A stretch of DNA of 64,000 nt from Mobula hypostoma (Eukaryota). Location: contig NC_086108.1 in the NCBI RefSeq assembly GCF_963921235.1, forward strand, positions 87,484,001-87,548,000, read 5' to 3'. The notes under the pieces were generated by a model, which saw nothing but the letters and a program-made list of their open reading frames with translations, had not been told where the DNA came from and ran no database searches. This document shows positions 50,201-63,551 of this stretch, piece by piece (the first letter of the stretch is position 1; every line of letters starts with the position of its first letter). The translations under genes and the position numbers were made by a program.

Positions 50201-51822
50201 CAGGTTTCCCCCGCCATCCGAAGATAGAGTGTTCTTATGAAACGGTTCGTAAACTGAAATGTTGTAAAGCGAAGAAGCAATTACCATTTATTTATATGGG
50301 GAAATTTTGTGAGCATTCGCAGACCCAAAAATAACCTACCAGATACTGCCAAATAACACATAAAACCTAAAATAACAGTAACATATAGTAAAAGCAGGAA
50401 TGATATGATAATTACACAGCCTATATAAAGTAGAAATACTTTTCCACAATCATTACTGCACTGTTCTCCGTAGCGAAAATCTCACGCAAGCACCGTTGGC
50501 AGAAAATCTCACATGAGCGCTGTTGGCAAAAACACTCTCTCCAGTAACCTTTAAGCTATGAAGCTGCCAAATCATACCAAATAACACAAAAAGACACAGC
50601 CTATATAAAGTAGAAATAATGTATGTACAGTGTAGTATCACTTACCGGAATTAGTTCAGCACCGAGCACACTGATGACGGTGTGTTAGACTGAGTCGTCG
50701 CAGGTTGGGGTGGTGCAGTGGCCCCCACCCTCCATGCCGCCGACCGATACATTGCCGCAAAGCACGCAGGGGTGCAGCGGTAGCTGGGAGGCACACAGCA
50801 CATCTTTAAGAAAAAAGCTGAAATAAACATGCTAATTAATTAGGTGCCGCCCAAACATAATTGCCGGCCCAGATCAGTGCCGATTTCCGATTGCGTCGTC
50901 TCTGATCTGGGCCGACAATTAGGTGTCAGGCGGCACCTAATTAATTAGCATGTTTATTTCAGCTTTTTTCTTAAAGATGTGCTGTGTGCTTCCTGGCTAT
51001 CGCTGCATTCTCCGCGAATCGGTTATCTGTCTGCAGCCTGGGGGTTGGGGTCGTGGGACACTAGGGTGTCATCTCGTTGTCTGTTTCCATTAGAGCAGGC
51101 AACTAATCTTCTCCTATGACTGCTCACCTCGACGTCGAAGGTCGAGGTTCGTTGTCTGCTATGGCTGATGTGGATGACTTGCTTGACTGCTGAGCCTCGC
51201 GCATTTATCTATCATACAGTTCTTTGTAAGGACTCAAACCATCTTGCAAATATCCCCTAAACCTACGTACCCTTTCAAAATTAAAGTCATACTTTATCAT
51301 TGCAGCGAAAATCTCATGCAGTTGCTTCACCTTCAGTTCGTTACTGCATTCGGTTTCGATTGTTATCCTTTCTTCTTCCAATTGCATCAGCTCCTCATCA
51401 ATCAGTTCTTGGTCATGGGATGCCAAAACCTCTTCAACATCATCTTCGTCAGCTTCTACAAGCCAAACTCACTTTGTCCTTACTTCGTTCACCACGATCG
51501 AAACGCTTAATTATGTCTAGTTTTACGCTAAGTGTAACACCCTTACTAGCTCTTTTAGGCTTTTCCGATACCATAGAACTCATCTTGCAAACGGCTGCTC
51601 ACAGGCACGTGTTTAAGCAATGCCGGCGAGAATGCAGTTCCGAATCCGGGGAGAGCAGCTGCTCGGGGCGCGTGCTGCCTTTTATCGCGCGCTGATTTTT
51701 TATCACGCTGATTTTTTTCGTAACAGTGAAAACACCTTCTGAAAGCGAAACAGAGAACTAATGTAGGTCTTTCGTAACAGTGAGGTTTGTAAAGTGAACA
51801 TCCAAAAAGCGGGGGACACCTC
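50201..51822 (-). mobile_element. Non-autonomous Tigger/pogo (Tc1-mariner) element, copy 1
   Basis: TA TSD (50199-50200 / 51823-51824); imperfect TIRs caggtttcccccgc / gcgggggacacctc; transposase N- and C-terminal remnants (SHDQELIDEELMQLEEE...YKELYD) with the DDD domain deleted. Confidence 0.88.
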
Positions 51823-51989
51823 TATCCAAATACGTGAAAGGGACTGAAAGTAGAAGTAGGCAGATTGTTTCCCTTTGCTGAGTCTAAAACTGGGACCATT
51901 GTCCCAGGACAAATGCTCGATCGTTAGAACAGAAATGCTATACCTTACAGAGCAGTGGGTGCTCAGTCATTAAGTATATTAAAGTATAC

Positions 51990-53535
51990 AAGACCATACG
52001 ATATAGGAGCAGAATTAGGCCATTTGACTCATTGAATCTGCTCCACCATTTATCACAGCGTATCCAATTTTCTCTCAGCCCCAATCACCTGCCTTCCTCC
52101 CCCGCCACCCCATATCCCTTCATGCCCTAACCAATCAAGAATCTATCAGCCTCTGCCTTAATTGTACATAAAGGCTTGGCCTCCACAGCTGTCTGTTCCA
52201 ATGAATTCCACAGTTTCACCTCTCTCTGGCTAAAGAAATTCCTCCTCATCTCTGTTCTAAAAGGACACCCTTCTATTCTGAGTCTGTGTCCACTGGTCTT
52301 AAGACTCTCCCACCTGTCCACATCCACTCTATCAAGGCCTTTCACCATTCGATGGGTTTCAATGTGGTCACCCCTCATTCTTCTGAATTCTAGTGAATAC
52401 AGGCCTAGAGCCATCAAACACTCTTCACATGACAAGCCAATCAAACCTAGGATCATTTTCGTGAACCTCCTTTGAAACCTCTCCAGCTTCAGCATATCCT
52501 TTCTAAGATAAGGGGCCCAAAACTGCCAACAATACTCCAAGTGAGGCCTCACCAGTGCTTTATAAAGTCTCAACATTACACATTGCTTTTATATTCTAGT
52601 CCTTTTGAAATGCATGCTAGCATCACACTTGCCTTTCTCAAACTGCAAATCCCCCTTTAGGGAACCCTAAACAAGGACTCCCGTGTGCAAATCCCCCTTT
52701 AGGGAATCCTAAACAAGGACTCCCGTGTCCCTTTGCACCTCAGCCTTTCTTTTGTATTTTCTCTCTATTTAGAAAATAGTCAAACCTTTAATTTCTTCTA
52801 CTGAAGAGCATGACCATACATTTCCCAACACTGCATTCCAGCTGCCACTTCTTTGCTCATTGTCCTAATATGTTTAAGTCCTTCTGTAGCCTCTCTACTT
52901 ACTTAAAACTACCTTCCCCTCCACCTATTTTCATATTGCTTGCAACACACACAAAATGCTGGAGGAACTCAGCAGGCCAGGCAGCATCTATGGAAAAGAG
53001 TGATTGTACTCTTCCTCACAGATGCTGCCTGGCCTGCTGAGTTTCCAGCATCTGCAGATTATCTCGTTTGTGTTCGTAGCGTTCACAAACTAAGCAACAA
53101 AGCTATAAATTCCATCATCCAAATCACTGACGTGTAACGCGAAAAGAGTTGGTTCCAACACAGACCCCCGTGGAATGCCACTAGACTGGCAGCAAACCAG
53201 AAAAGGCTCCCTTTATTCCCACTCTCTGCCTCCTGCCAATCAGCCATTGCTTTGTCCATGCTAGAATCTTCCCTGTCATACCATGGGCTTGTAGCTTGTT
53301 AAGTAGCCTCTGGTGTGGCACCTTGTCAAAGGCCTTCTGAAAATCCAAGTACACAACATCAACCGATTCTCATCTGTCTATGCTACTTGTTACTTCTTCA
53401 AAAAATTCCAACAGATTTGTCAGGCAAGATTTTCCCTTGAGGAAACCATGCTGACTACAGTGTATTTTATCATGTGCCTTCAAGTACCCCGAATCCTCAT
53501 CCATAACAATCAACTCCAACATCTTTCCAACCACT
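51990..53535 (-). mobile_element. 5'-truncated CR1 LINE
   Basis: LYKALVRPHLEYCWQFWAPYL (ORF 52127..52576); contains a 42-bp tandem duplication (52644-52727) and a PLE remnant. Confidence 0.87.
52939..53072 (+). mobile_element. Collapsed Penelope-like fold-back
   Basis: Inverted arms aactcagcaggccaggcagcatct (52966-52989) / agatgctgcctggcctgctgagtt (53020-53043); the central hammerhead-bearing part is absent. Confidence 0.72.
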
Positions 53536-53884
53536 GCTGCATCTGATCCAGAACAACAATTATTTCATTGTCCTTTACACTTGTATACAGGAAATGACAT
53601 TAAACAAAAGTAACTCAAGATTTAAATTTACCAATTTTATAATTAAAATTTGAATGATTATAGTACTATTACTTTGATACATTTGAGACACAAAATCCCA
53701 ATGTAAAAATTGGTCAGATACTTAGCAAAGTAAGTTAGAAATACTAATCAGATCCAAGGAAAAGACTTACAGGATTGCCAAAGAGCTACAAGTATGAAGA
53801 TAGTGATAATTCAGAATTCAGCCAAAATTAAGTAAGAGTAAAATAAAATATTTGGGCAAGAATCCTTATTCTAAACACTTGACA

Positions 53885-54438
53885 ATTGAATTGAATTGAC
53901 TTTATTACTTACATCCTTCATATACATGAGGAATAAAAATCTTTACGTTACCTTTCCATTTAAATGTGCAATGTGCAATTTATAATAAATAGTATGTACA
54001 ACAGGACAGTAACAAGATGGTTAAATATGATCAGTCAATATAACATAGAAGTACAGTTGTGTCAGCATGGATTAAGCAGTCTGATGGCCTGGTGGAAGAT
54101 GATGCCCCGGAGCCTGTTGGTTCTGGCTTTTATGCTGCGGTACCATTTCCCGGATTGTAGCAGCTGGAACAGTTTGTGGTTGGGGTGACCCAGGTCCCCA
54201 TTGATCCTTCGGGCCCTTTTTACACACCTGTCTTTGCAAATGTCCTGAATAGTGGGAAGTTCACATCTATAGATACGCTGGGCTGTCCGCACCACACTCT
54301 GCAGAGTAATGTGATTGAGGGAAGTACAGTTCCCATACCAGGCAGTGATGCAGCCAGTCAGGATGCTCTCAATTGTGCCCCTATGGAAAGTTCTTAGGAT
54401 TTGGGGGTCCATACCAAACTTCTTCAACCATCTGAGGC
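53885..54438 (-). mobile_element. Rex-Babar LINE 3' fragment with (CAATT)n tail
   Basis: ORF 54062..54427: TIESILTGCITAWYG...SGKWYRSIKARTNRL..FHQAIRLLN. Confidence 0.88.
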
Positions 54439-55599
54439 AGACAAATTAAACAAATGTTTTGTATCTGTCTTCATTGAGAACACCAAAAACATCCTGGAAA
54501 TAGTTGGAGATCTACAAGTCTAGCCTGAATAAGAAATGGATTAATGACATTGAGAGTTGATGAACTCCCAGGTCTTGTGATTTATAAACCAGTATTTTGA
54601 TTGAGTTGACTATGAAAACAGAAGAACCAGACTCTAGAATGGTGAATGGCTCCAACAAATTGGAAAAGTGACAGAAGTTGAGGGGTTGAGGAAGTGAGAA
54701 AAATAGGGCACTGTCAAGCAGTTATCTTCAGGCTATTATGAAGGAAATGGTAATAGGAAATTTGGTAAGTAGTGATAAGGCTGGGCAACGACAAAACAAA
54801 TTTAGAAAAGCAAAATCATTTCGACAGATCTATTAGAGTTTTATAGTTGTAACTAGTGGAATAGGGCAGGGGTAAATCAGTGAATGTGATGTGTTCTGGA
54901 AATTCTTCAATGGGGTGCCACCTTTCTATAAAATTAGATTACAACATTCTTCATACAAAGAGCAATGTAGGGCCCTTGAACCTATTTTCCAGGCTTCCTT
55001 CTAAATGATAGCACATGTTTAATCAGTTAAATAAATAACTTTGAATAAGTGCCCTAACAGCTTCTTAAATTTGGCAGCAGTGTTGTTAATCTTCACTGGA
55101 ACATCCTGAATGACATTTAGCACATCACATTTAGGTGACATTTAGGTTTAAACTATGGGCTTACCAATGTATTGTAAACTATCAAATAGCTTTCATAAAT
55201 GTGTTCTGCTCTTGCAGTCATATAATCTCAATATGCTATTAACTTTCTGAATTACTTTGTCTAACATATCTACTATTCGTCACAAGTCCTTAGGTTTCCC
55301 AAATTCAATGATCCATGCAACTGACCCACATTTATAACTCATGCATCATACTTTACATTCATTGCTATTAGTTTACATTGTCTGAAAAATTGCAAGCCAA
55401 TACAAGCTCTTTATTAAATGTTTAACTACATCCTTTCAGCAAGTGAAAAATAAACAATTGATACATTATCCAACCTAATATTGTCGTTCAGTAAATGTTC
55501 CTCCTTAGGTTTACTTATTTTAACACAAATAAATCTCAATAATTGATGTTTGAGTATGGTTTGCAAAATAAGTATATCCTATTTTTCATATCCTCTATG

Positions 55600-56012
55600 A
55601 AGCCCACAACCTTGTCGTGGTTTGGAGGGCTGCATGCCCTAATGACCCAGAAAGCTACGTTGGCTGTAGTCAGGGCTTTATGCTTTGACTCTTGGTAGGG
55701 TTACCCATACCGAACAGATCAAAGGGTAGAGGTCAGTCTAAGAGTGGTCCACTTGTCCTCCCGGTTCAGAGATTCAGCTCAGGGCTGGTAAAACAAAATT
55801 ATTATGGAAACAGCAATGAAGGATCCTTCTACCTCTGAGTGAGATGGTATTCCTGAGTCTCCACCCAGGACTTGAGTGACTGACAGCAGTGAAAGCCAAG
55901 AGGAAGCTACTGGCATGACGAGGGAGGCCCTGAACACCAGCAGAGCTGGAGGATCTTCATTGCTGCCCTAAATGCCAGAGGCATAACAGGCACACACACA
56001 CACACACACACA
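55600..56012 (+). mobile_element. Short non-autonomous RTE-derived retroposon (RTE 5' UTR joined to RTE 3' end) with (CA)n tail
   Basis: Start accttgtcgtggtttggagg...aatgaccc..agcta resembles recalled RTE/Expander 5' ends; end tggaggatcttcattgctgccctaaatgcc resembles an RTE C-terminus; no RT between them. Confidence 0.55.
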
Positions 56013-57229
56013 TTCTTCAAATACCCCACTTATGCTGTGGTTCTGCTATTGACTATACTACAAGGCAATTAAAGGAGCGCAATACCGTAACCAAATTCAG
56101 TCACAGCTCTGCTGCCCGATGAACCACATCCCATTCAGAAATGACTTCAATTACAATTTAGAGAGAAATCGACCAAAATCATAATTAACAAGTACTCTTT
56201 AATGCATCTAAGGACTCCATCAAATAGGTCTGCATTTTCTAACTAGATTTGTGAATGAACGAAGTCAGAGCAGGATTAGATTAAGGTTTCTATAATTAAT
56301 TGAATCTTGTTTCAGAGAAGAAAATTTATTGAAATCACCATTTATGTAAACAATCATACATGTTTCAATTACAAAAGCAACCCATGTCTTATTTGAGGAA
56401 AATAAGCAATTTCACACAAAGATAGTGTCAAAATTTAGGTAGAATAAATGCTAGAGTGACAAAAGCCAGGCCATAAAAATTATCTTTATTGCCCAGCATA
56501 CTGACAGCATATTACCAGAGTGTTCACACATGCAGTGTTTTCAAATGAGGCTCACTCAATTGGAAGTGTACGCAAGACTCCACAAGTACTCCCGGTACTA
56601 AACTAGATGTACAATAATGTACTTAAATTTTCTTGAAGTATCTGATAATGTGTTCCAAAGAAAGTTACTCGGGAAAATAAATATTCTGGGTGAAGAAACT
56701 ATATATCAGTATGTACAGCAAATAAAATGTGGATACAGGGCCTTCAGCCCAACTACTCCATGCCGTCCACTCACTTAGTCCCAATTACCTGAGTCTGGTT
56801 CATATCCCCGAGTCCTGCCCCTCCATGTACCTAGACAATAGCTTCTTTGATGATATTATTGTACCCTCCTTAACCACTTTCTCTGGCTACTAATTTAACT
56901 TTCAATGAGGTGCCCCACTCTTACAAAATCAGATTAAAATATTCTAATTTCAAAGGCCTCTACATCTGTTTTCCTGCATTTCTTTAAAATGGTAACACTT
57001 TTTGTATCAGTTGGATAGCCTAATAGCTGGTTAACCGGAATAAGTGGATCTTTTTCTGGTAGGAGAGATGCAAGGAATGATGTGCTGTAGGGATTGGTGC
57101 TGAAAGCCTTAACTTTGTTGATTTATTGCAGTGATATAGATATATAGCACGAAATAGACCCGACTGATTCTGAGCTGACATCAACTACCCGTCTGCAGTG
57201 ATAATATTGCTTATCCTGCTGCCATTCTC

Positions 57230-57360
57230 GTGTGCTCTCCCAGACTTTACCACTCACCCCCACACCAGCGGGAAACTTACAGCATCCAATTAACCTACCA
57301 ATCTGCATGTGATTGGAAATCGGGAGAAAACCAGAACATCTACGGCATCTCCGACACACT
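57230..57360 (-). mobile_element. V-SINE fragment
   Basis: ccaattaacctaccaatctgcatgtgattggaaatcgggagaaaaccagaaca, V-domain-like. Confidence 0.5.
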
Positions 57361-57719
57361 ATAATGTTGGATTATTTAAAATTGTTAATTTTCTTGTAGT
57401 TTAACTTTCCTACACTTGCTTATAATTTTTATATAATCAACTGCATGCTTATAATTGTTCAGTGAAATTTTAGTAATTGTAAGATCAGCCATGATTTTGT
57501 TAAGTAGCATAACAAGCTTGGCATACCACTGCTCCGGATATATGTTTGTAATATTTGACATAAACAGAATTATAACTGCATTTTGAGGTGACGCAGCCAA
57601 TGCTGCCTCACCATCAGTCCTACTACCTGCCATATCGTCATAATTACCTTCTCATAAGTTCCTACCCAATTCCCTGTTGAAACACACAAACTCAGCAGGG
57701 ATCCACAATTTTTAAACAC

Positions 57720-60700
57720 AGACATAGAAATATAGAAAAACCTACAGCACAATACAGGCTCTTCGGCCCACAATGCTGTGCCGAATGTGTACTTACTTTA
57801 GAAATTACCTCGGATTACCCATACCTCCATGTACCTATCCGGGAGTCTCTTAAAAGACCCTATCGTATCCGCCTCCACCACAGCCACTGGCAGCCCATTC
57901 CACGCACTCACCACTCTCTGCATAAAAAAATTACCCCTGACATCTCCTCTGTACCTACTTCCAAGCACCTAAACTGTGCGCTCTTGTGTTAGCTACTTCA
58001 GTCCTGGGAAAAAGCCTCTGACTATCCACACGATCAATGCTTCTCATAATCTAATACACCTCTATCAGGTCACCTCTCATCCTCCGTCACTCCAGCAAAA
58101 AAAGGCCGAGTTCACTCAACCTATTCTTATCAGGCATGCTCCCCAATCCAGGCAACATCCTTGTAAATCTCCTCTGCACCCTTTCTATGGTTTCCACATC
58201 CTTCCTGTAGTGAGGTGGCCAGAACTGAGCACAGTACTCCAAGTGGGGTCTGACCAGGGTCCTATATATAGGTGTACCCCGTTTTTCGAACGCTTGCTTT
58301 ACAAAACCTTGCTGTTACGAAAGACCTACATTAGTTACCTGTTTTCCCTAACAGAAGGTGTTTTCACTGTTACGAAAAAAAGCAGCGCATGCCCCAAGCA
58401 GCCAAGCTCCTCCCCTGGACTGCGTTCTCGCCGGCATTGCTTAAACATATGCCTGTGAGCAGCCGTTAGCAATATGAGTTCTAAGGTATTGGAAAAGCCT
58501 CAAAGAGCTCGTAAGGGTGCTACACTTAGCGTAAAATTAGACATTTCGATCATGGTGAATGAAGGAAGGACAAAGTGAGTTTGGCTTGTGGAAGTTGACG
58601 AAGATGATGTTGAAGAGGTTTTGGTATCCCATGACCAAGAACTGATAGATGAAGAGCTGATGCAATTGGAAGAGGAAAGGATAACAATCGAAACCGAATG
58701 CAGTAGCGAACAGACTGAAAATGAAGTCATCCAGGAACTGAACGTGAAGCAACTGCGTGAGATTTTCGCTGCAATGATTGCAGAAAAGTATGACTTTAAT
58801 TTTGAAAGGGTACGTAGGTTTAGGGTACATTTGCAAGATGGTTTGAGTGCTTACAAAGAACTGTATGATAAAAAAAAACGCGCGAGGCTAAGCAGTCAAG
58901 CATACTGTCGTTTCTCAAGCCTTCCACATCAGCCACAGCTGACGACGAACCTCGACCTTCGACATCGAGGCAGGCAGACATAGAAGAAGATGACCTGCCG
59001 GTCCTGATGGAAACAGACAACGATGAGATGACACCCCAGTGTCCCACCACCCCAACCCCCGGGCCGCGGATCAATACATTGCCGCAGAGAATGCAGCAGT
59101 AGCCAGGATGCACCGATTACATCGCCTCTGATCTGGGCCGATATTTACGTGCCGGGTGGCACCTAATTAATTAGCTTGTTTATTATGGTTTTTTTCTTAA
59201 AGATGTGCTGGGTGCGTCCCGGCTACCACTGTACCCCTGCATTCTTCGCGGATCGGTGTCGGGTCGCTGCCCGGTGGTTGGGGACCACTGCACCACCCCA
59301 ACCTCCGACGACTCAGCCTAACACACCATCATCAATGTGCTCGGTGCTGTCTTCCCAATTCCAGTAAGTGATACTGCACTGTACATACATTATTTCTGCT
59401 TTATAAAGGCTGTGTATTTTTATGCGTTATTTGGTATGATTTGGCAGCTTCATAGCTTAAAGGTTACAGGGAGAGTGTTTCTGCCGAGAGCGCTTGCGCC
59501 GTGTTTCTGCCGAGAGTGCTTGTGTGAGATTTTCACTACGGAGAACAGTGCGGCAATGATGGTAGAAAAGTATTTCTACTTTATATAGGCTGTGTATTTA
59601 TCATATCATTCCTGCTTTTACTATATGTTACTGTTATTTTAGGTTTTATGTGTTATTTGGCATGATTTTGTAGTTTTCTTTTGGGTCTGCGAATGCTCAC
59701 AAATTTTTCCCATATAAATAAATGGTAATTGCTTCTTTGCTTTACGACATTCCGGCTTACGAACTGTTTCATAGGAACGCTCTACCTTCGGATGGCGGGG
59801 GAAACCTGTAGCTGCAACATTACCTCTCAGCTCTTAAACTCAATCCCACGGTTGATGAAGGCCAATGCACCGTATGCCTTCTTAACCACAGAGTCAACCT
59901 GCACAGCAGCTTTGAGTGTCCCATGGACTCAGACCCCAAGATCCCTCTGATCCTCCACACCAAGATTCTTACCATTAATACTATATTCTGCCATCATATT
60001 TGACCTACCAATATGAACCACCTCACACTTATCTGGGTTGAACTCCATCTGCCATTTCTCAGCCCAGTTTTGCATCCTATCGATGTCCCATTGTAACCTC
60101 TGACAGCCCTCCACACTATCCACAACACCCCCAACCCTTGTGTCATCAGTAAATTTGCTATCCCATCTCTCTACTTCCTCATCCAGGTCATTAATAAAAA
60201 TCACGAAGAAAAGGGGTCCCTGAGGCACACCACGGGTCGCTGATCTCCATGCAGAATATAACCCGTCTACAACCACTCTTTGCCTTCTGTGGGCAAGCCA
60301 GTTCTGGATCCACAAAGCAATGTCCCCTTGGATCCCGTGCCTCCTTACTTTCTCAATAAGCTTTGCATTGGGTACCTTATCAAATGCTTTGCTGAAATCC
60401 ACAAACAATACATCTACTGTTCTACCTTCATCAATGTGTTTAGTCACATCCTCAAAAAATTCAGTCAGGCTCGTAAGGCACGATCTGCCTTTGACAGATA
60501 CTGACTATTCCTAATCATAAAATGCCTCTCCAAATGTTCATAAATCCTGCCTCTGAGGATCTTTTCCATCAACTTACCAACCCCTGAAGCAAGACTCACT
60601 GGTCTATAATTTCCTGGGCTATCTCTACTCCCTTTCTTGAATCAGGGAACAACATCTGCAACCCTCCAAACCTCTGGAAACTCTCCCATCCCCATTGATG

Positions 60701-63050
60701 ATGCAAAGGTCATCACCAGAGCCTCAGCAATCTCCTCTCTTGTCTCCCACAGAAGCCTAGGATACATCTCGTCCGGTACCGATGACATATCCAACTTGAT
60801 GCCTTCCAAAAGCTCCAGCACATCCTCTTTCTTAATATCTTTTCCAAGCTTTTCAGTCCACTGTAAGTCATCCCTACAATCGCCAAGATCCTTTTCCATA
60901 GTGAATACTAAAGCAAAGTATTCATTAAGTATCTCCACTATTTCCTCCGGTTCCATACACACTTTTCTACTGTCACAGTTGATTGGTCCTATTCTCTCAT
61001 GTCTTACCCTCTTGCTCTTCACACACTTGTAGAATGCCTTGGGGTTTTCCTTAATCCTGCTTGCCAAGGCCTTCTCATGGCCCCTTCTGGCTGTCCTAAT
61101 TTCATTCTTAATCTTCCTGCTAGTCTTATACTCTTCTAGATCTCTATCATTACCTAGCTTTTTTGAACCTTAATTAAGCTTTTCTTTTCCTCTTGACTAG
61201 ATTTAAAACAGCCTTTGTACATCACGGTTCCTGCACCCTGTCATCCTTTCGGTCTCATTGTAACGTATCTATGCAGAACGCCATGCAAATATCCCCTGAA
61301 CATTTGCCACATTTCTGCCGTACATTTTCCTAAGAACATCTGTTCCCAATTTATGCTTCCAAGTTCCTGGCTGACAGCCGCATATTTCCCCTTACTTCAA
61401 TTAAACATTTTCCTAACTTGTCTGTTCCTATCCATTTCCAATGCTCTAATAAAGGAGGTAGAGTTATGATCACTTCCTCCAAAATGCTTTCCTACTGAGA
61501 GATCTGACACCTGACCAGGTTCATTTCCCAATACCAGATCAAGTACAGCCTTTCCTCTTGTATGATTATCTACATATTGTGTCAAGAAACCTTCCTGAAC
61601 ACACCTAACAAACTCCCCCCCTTCTAAACCCCTTGCTCTAGGGAGATGCCAATCAATAATTGGGAAGTTAAAATCTCCCACCACTACAACCCTATTATTA
61701 TTACATCTTTCCAGAACCTGTCTCCCTATCTGCTCCTCGACGTCCCTGTTACTATTGGGTGGTCTATAAAAAACACCCAGTACAGTTATTGACCCCTTCT
61801 TGTTCCTAACCTCCACCCAGAGACTCAGTAGACAATCCCTCCATGACTTCCTTCTTTTCTGCAGCTGTGACACTATCTCTGATCAGCAGTGCCACACCCC
61901 CACCTCCTTTGCCTCCCTCCCTGTCCTTGCTGAAACATCTAAGGTTTGGCACTCTAAGTAACCATTCCTGCCCCCAAACCATCCAAGTCATAGCTCGAAG
62001 TACTAATCCACGCTCTAAGCTCATCTGTTTTGTCCTTAATACTCCTTGCATAAAATAGACACATCTCAAACCATCAGTCTGAGCGCGTTCCTTCTGCCTA
62101 TCCTCCCTCTCGCACTATCTACAAACTTTCTCTATTTGTGTACCAACTGCCCCTTCCTCCATCTCTTCAGTTCGGTTCCCACCTCCCAGCATTTCTAGTT
62201 TAAACACTCCCCAACAGCCTTAGCAAACCTCCCTGCCAGGATATTGGTCCCCTCAGATTCAAATGCAACCCGTCCTTTTTGTGCAGGTCATGCCTGCCCC
62301 AAAGGAGGTCCCAATGATCCAGAAATCTGAATCCCTGCCCCCTGCTCCAATCCCTCAGCCACACATTTATCCTCCACCTCATTCTATTCCTATACTCACT
62401 GTCACATGGCACAGGCAATAATCCCGAGATTACTACCTTTGAGGTACTTCCTTCTTAACTCCCTGTACTCTGTTTTCAGGACCCCTTCCCTTTTCTACCT
62501 ATGTTGTTGGTACCAATATGTACCACGACTTCTGGCTGCTCTTCTCATTTCAGGATATCGTGGATGCGATCAGAAACATCCCAGACCCTGGCACCAGGGA
62601 GGCAAACTACCATCCGTGTTTCTTTCCTGCACCCTAACTATAGAGTCCCCTATCACTGCTGCCATCCTCTTCCTTTCCCCACCCTTCTGAGCCACAGGGC
62701 CAGACTCTGTGCTTCCCCCAGATAGGTTGCCCTCCTCAACAGTACTCAAACAGGAGTACTGTTGATGCAGCTTGATGCACCTGGCGCAGATGTGGCCGTC
62801 CGGGAGGCTGGGAGTCTCCTGGACATCCTACATCCGATACCCAGTACAGAACACTGGCCTCACACACATACTTCCGGTTTCTATTCTTCACAAGTAATTC
62901 ACCTCACCTCTACCCGTCATCACCCCAAGCCCTGTTAAGCCAAAGCCCTCCTACTCTGTCTCTCGCTCTATAAAGCTGTCTTCCTTTTAAATCCTTCCCG
63001 CTGGTCTAACTCGCTGACGTCCATGCGCTTGCGCTGTCGTGCCTCGTTTG
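57720..63050 (-). mobile_element. Near full-length CR1-clade LINE (5' UTR, partial ORF1, ORF2, tail), disrupted, with nested Tigger
   Basis: ORF1 FRFLDHWDLLWGRHDLHKKDGLHLN; endonuclease VGDFN/SDHN; RT DFSKAFDKV/KFTDD; same subfamily as 29110-33351. Confidence 0.92.
58269..59808 (+). mobile_element. Non-autonomous Tigger/pogo element, copy 2 (opposite orientation to copy 1)
   Basis: Inserted at the TA of the CR1 sequence cctataTAgctgc (TSD 58267-58268 / 59809-59810); ATG at 58474 MSSKVLEKPQRARKGATLSVKLDI joined to C-terminal EVDEDDVEEVL...YKELYDKKK. Confidence 0.9.
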
Positions 63051-63224
63051 TATACTTCTCACTGCAGTAGCATTTTTCAGTGCTTAGAATGCTCTACTTC
63101 TCCCAGCAGAGGAAAGATCAATGAATAAAAAAAAATATTCATAAGCATTAAAAAGCAAGAAAATAGTTTAAAGCTCCAAAATATTGCCATCTGAATTATT
63201 CACGATCGGTAAGGGGCATCTCAC

Positions 63225-63347
63225 CGTAGCATGTTGCGTTCTGTTTCCGGCTGTTCTTCAAAAGGTCCTGCACTGTGGCACACTAATAGAGACACATCAA
63301 ATTCATCGTGATGTCTGATTCCTTCAGAATCTTTGTACGATCCAGAT
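63225..63347 (-). CDS. SZT2: SZT2 internal coding exon (5th from last), 123 nt
   Basis: Minus strand ttttcttgtag|A TCT GGA...CTA CG|gtgaga; translates [40 protein letters not shown](R), matching recalled vertebrate SZT2 ([24 protein letters not shown]...). Phase 2 end joins the next exon in frame. Confidence 0.93.
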
Positions 63348-63551
63348 CTACAAGAAAATCAAATTCCTGTCACTGCTGTGTCATTTTTCTAAACTAACAC
63401 AATCATCAATGAAAGTTGACAATTCGATATATAGACCATCCCCCAGATTGCAAACACGGACAACTGTACATATGAATGAGCTCCCATAATTTAATTAAAT
63501 TCATGAAAAGAGACCAATTGTGATTTATACATATATTACAATTATGGTCAC

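Noticed and set aside
52644..52727. 42-bp direct repeat pair
   Set aside because: Simple head-to-tail duplication in a dead CR1; no spacers, so not CRISPR-like.
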